A program made the position numbers and the translations under genes. Shown piece after piece: positions 61,720 through 64,000 of a stretch of 64,000 nucleotides of DNA (position 1 is its first letter; the number at the start of each line of letters is the position of its first letter). Source of the stretch: Narcine bancroftii (taxonomy: Eukaryota). The notes below the pieces were generated by a model. The model saw nothing but the letters and a program-made list of their open reading frames with translations. It searched no databases and was not told the origin of the DNA. Location of the stretch: assembly GCF_036971445.1 (NCBI RefSeq), contig NC_091469.1, positions 289,602,001-289,666,000 on the forward strand, in the 5' to 3' direction.

Positions 61720-64000
61720 ACAGCCAACGTTGGAGGCTGGGACCCCCCCCCCCCCCCGCAGCCAGCGTTGGAGGCTGGGATCCCCCGCAGCGAGCGTTGG
61801 AGGCTGGGACCCCCGCAGCGAGAGTTGGAGGCTGGGATCCCCCGCAGCCAGCATTGGAGGCTGGGATCCCTCGCAGCCAGCATTGGAGGCTGGGATCCCC
61901 CGCAGCCAGCGTGGGAGGCTGGGGCCCCCCGCAGCCAGCGTGGGAGGCTGGGGCCCCCCGCAGCCAGCGTGGGAGGCTGGGGCCCCCCGCAGCCAGCGTG
62001 GGAGGCTGGGGCCCCCCGCAGCCAGCGTGGGAGGCTGGGGCCCCCCGCAGCCAGCGTGGGAGGCTGGGGCCCCCCGCAGCCAGCGTGGGAGGCTGGGGCC
62101 CCCCGCAGCCAGCGTGGGAGGCTGGGGCCCCCCGCAGCCAGCGTGGGAGGCTGGGGCCCCCCGCAGCCAGCGTGGGAGGCTGGGGCCCCCCGCAGCCAGC
62201 GTGGGAGGCTGGGGCCCCCCGCAGCCAGCGTGGGAGGCTGGGGCCCCCCGCAGCCAGCGTGGGAGGCTGGGGCCCCCCGCAGCCAGCGTGGGAGGCTGGG
62301 GCCCCCCGCAGCCAGCGTGGGAGGCTGGGGCCCCCCGCAGCCAGCGTGGGAGGCTGGGGCCCCCCGCAGCCAGCGTGGGAGGCTGGGGCCCCCCGCAGCC
62401 AGCGTGGGAGGCTGGGGCCCCCCGCAGCCAGCGTGGGAGGCTGGGGCCCCCCGCAGCCAGCGTGGGAGGCTGGGGCCCCCCGCAGCCAGCGTGGGAGGCT
62501 GGGGCCCCCCGCAGCCAGCGTGGGAGGCTGGGGCCCCCCGCAGCCAGCGTGGGAGGCTGGGGCCCCCCGCAGCCAGCGTGGGAGGCTGGGGCCCCCCGCA
62601 GCCAGCGTGGGAGGCTGGGGCCCCCCGCAGCCAGCGTGGGAGGCTGGGGCCCCCCGCAGCCAGCGTGGGAGGCTGGGGCCCCCCGCAGCCAGCGTGGGAG
62701 GCTGGGGCCCCCCGCAGCCAGCGTGGGAGGCTGGGGCCCCCCGCAGCCAGCGTGGGAGGCTGGGGCCCCCCGCAGCCAGCGTGGGAGGCTGGGGCCCCCC
62801 GCAGCCAGCGTGGGAGGCTGGGGCCCCCCGCAGCCAGCGTGGGAGGCTGGGGCCCCCCGCAGCCAGCGTGGGAGGCTGGGGCCCCCCGCAGCCAGCGTGG
62901 GAGGCTGGGGCCCCCCGCAGCCAGCGTGGGAGGCTGGGGCCCCCCGCAGCCAGCGTGGGAGGCTGGGGCCCCCCGCAGCCAGCGTGGGAGGCTGGGGCCC
63001 CCCGCAGCCAGCGTGGGAGGCTGGGGCCCCCGCAGCCAGCGTGGGAGGCTGGGGCCCCCCGCAGCCAGCGTGGGAGGCTGGGGCCCCCCGCAGCCAGCGT
63101 GGGAGGCTGGGGCCCCCCGCAGCCAGCGTGGGAGGCTGGGGCCCCCCGCAGCCAGCGTGGGAGGCTGGGGCCCCCCGCAGCCAGCGTGGGAGGCTGGGGC
63201 CCCCCGCAGCCAGCGTGGGAGGCTGGGGCCCCCCGCAGCCAGCGTGGGAGGCTGGGGCCCCCCGCAGCCAGCGTGGGAGGCTGGGGCCCCCCGCAGCCAG
63301 CGTGGGAGGCTGGGGCCCCCCGCAGCCAGCGTGGGAGGCTGGGGCCCCCCGCAGCCAGCGTGGGAGGCTGGGGCCCCCCGCAGCCAGCGTGGGAGGCTGG
63401 GGCCCCCCGCAGCCAGCGTGGGAGGCTGGGGCCCCCCGCAGCCAGCGTGGGAGGCTGGGCCCCCCCGCAGCCAGCGTGGGAGGCTGGGGCCCCCCGCAGC
63501 CAGCGTGGGAGGCTGGGGCCCCCCGCAGCCAGCGTGGGAGGCTGGGCCCCCCCGCAGCCAGCGTGGGAGGCTGGGGCCCCCCGCAGCCAGCGTGGGAGGC
63601 TGGGGCCCCCCGCAGCCAGCGTGGGAGGCTGGGGCCCCCCGCAGCCAGCGTGGGAGGCTGGGGCCCCCCGCAGCCAGCGTGGGAGGCTGGGGCCCCCCGC
63701 AGCCAGCGTGGGAGGCTGGGGCCCCCCGCAGCCAGCGTGGGAGGCTGGGGCCCCCCGCAGCCAGCGTGGGAGGCTGGGGCCCCCCGCAGCCAGCGTGGGA
63801 GGCTGGGGCCCCCCGCAGCCAGCGTGGGAGGCTGGGGCCCCCCGCAGCCAGCGTGGGAGGCTGGGGCCCCCCGCAGCCAGCGTGGGAGGCTGGGGCCCCC
63901 CGCAGCCAGCGTGGGAGGCTGGGGCCCCCCGCAGCCAGCGTGGGAGGCTGGGGCCCCCCGCAGCCAGCGTGGGAGGCTGGGGCCCCCCGCAGCCAGCGTG
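61720..64000. repeat. 29-bp GC-rich tandem array (gcagccagcgtgggaggctggggcccccc), about 78 copies, runs off the window end
   Basis: Period 29 (gcagcc at 61931, 61960 and onward); unit is 24/29 G+C; the first seven or so units are divergent. Confidence 0.99.

Noticed and set aside
61720-64000. CRISPR-like array (29-bp repeat)
   Set aside because: Units are head-to-tail with no unique spacers, there are no cas genes, and the context is eukaryotic.

Overview
Repeat-dominated vertebrate genomic DNA, most likely from a shark or ray. That is an inference from the HE1/V-SINE-type SINEs and the mix of CR1, Rex1/Babar, RTE and Penelope elements. I found no host protein-coding exon I can support. Every recognisable reading frame is transposon-derived: CR1, RTE, L1, Rex1/Babar, Penelope GIY-YIG/RT, Gypsy gag and a Tigger/pogo transposase. 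The window also holds solo LTRs, hAT and Tigger MITEs, four G/C-rich minisatellites (16, 25, 29 and 45 bp units), a 135-N gap and a possible promoter/first exon near 19.8-20.0 kb. The signals most worth checking are: (1) more than ten degenerate minimal hammerhead-ribozyme motifs in the Penelope terminal repeats; (2) a Gypsy element whose primer-binding position is complementary to its own LTR poly(A) signal rather than showing a TGG tRNA site; (3) a 117-bp hairpin of two opposed ZNF143/Staf-like sites, with outward-facing splice donors, inside a Tigger remnant; (4) a TSD-flanked non-coding RTE-like element with a highly structured 5' end. I could not establish a wholly new system. Boundaries of old repeats were judged by eye and are approximate.
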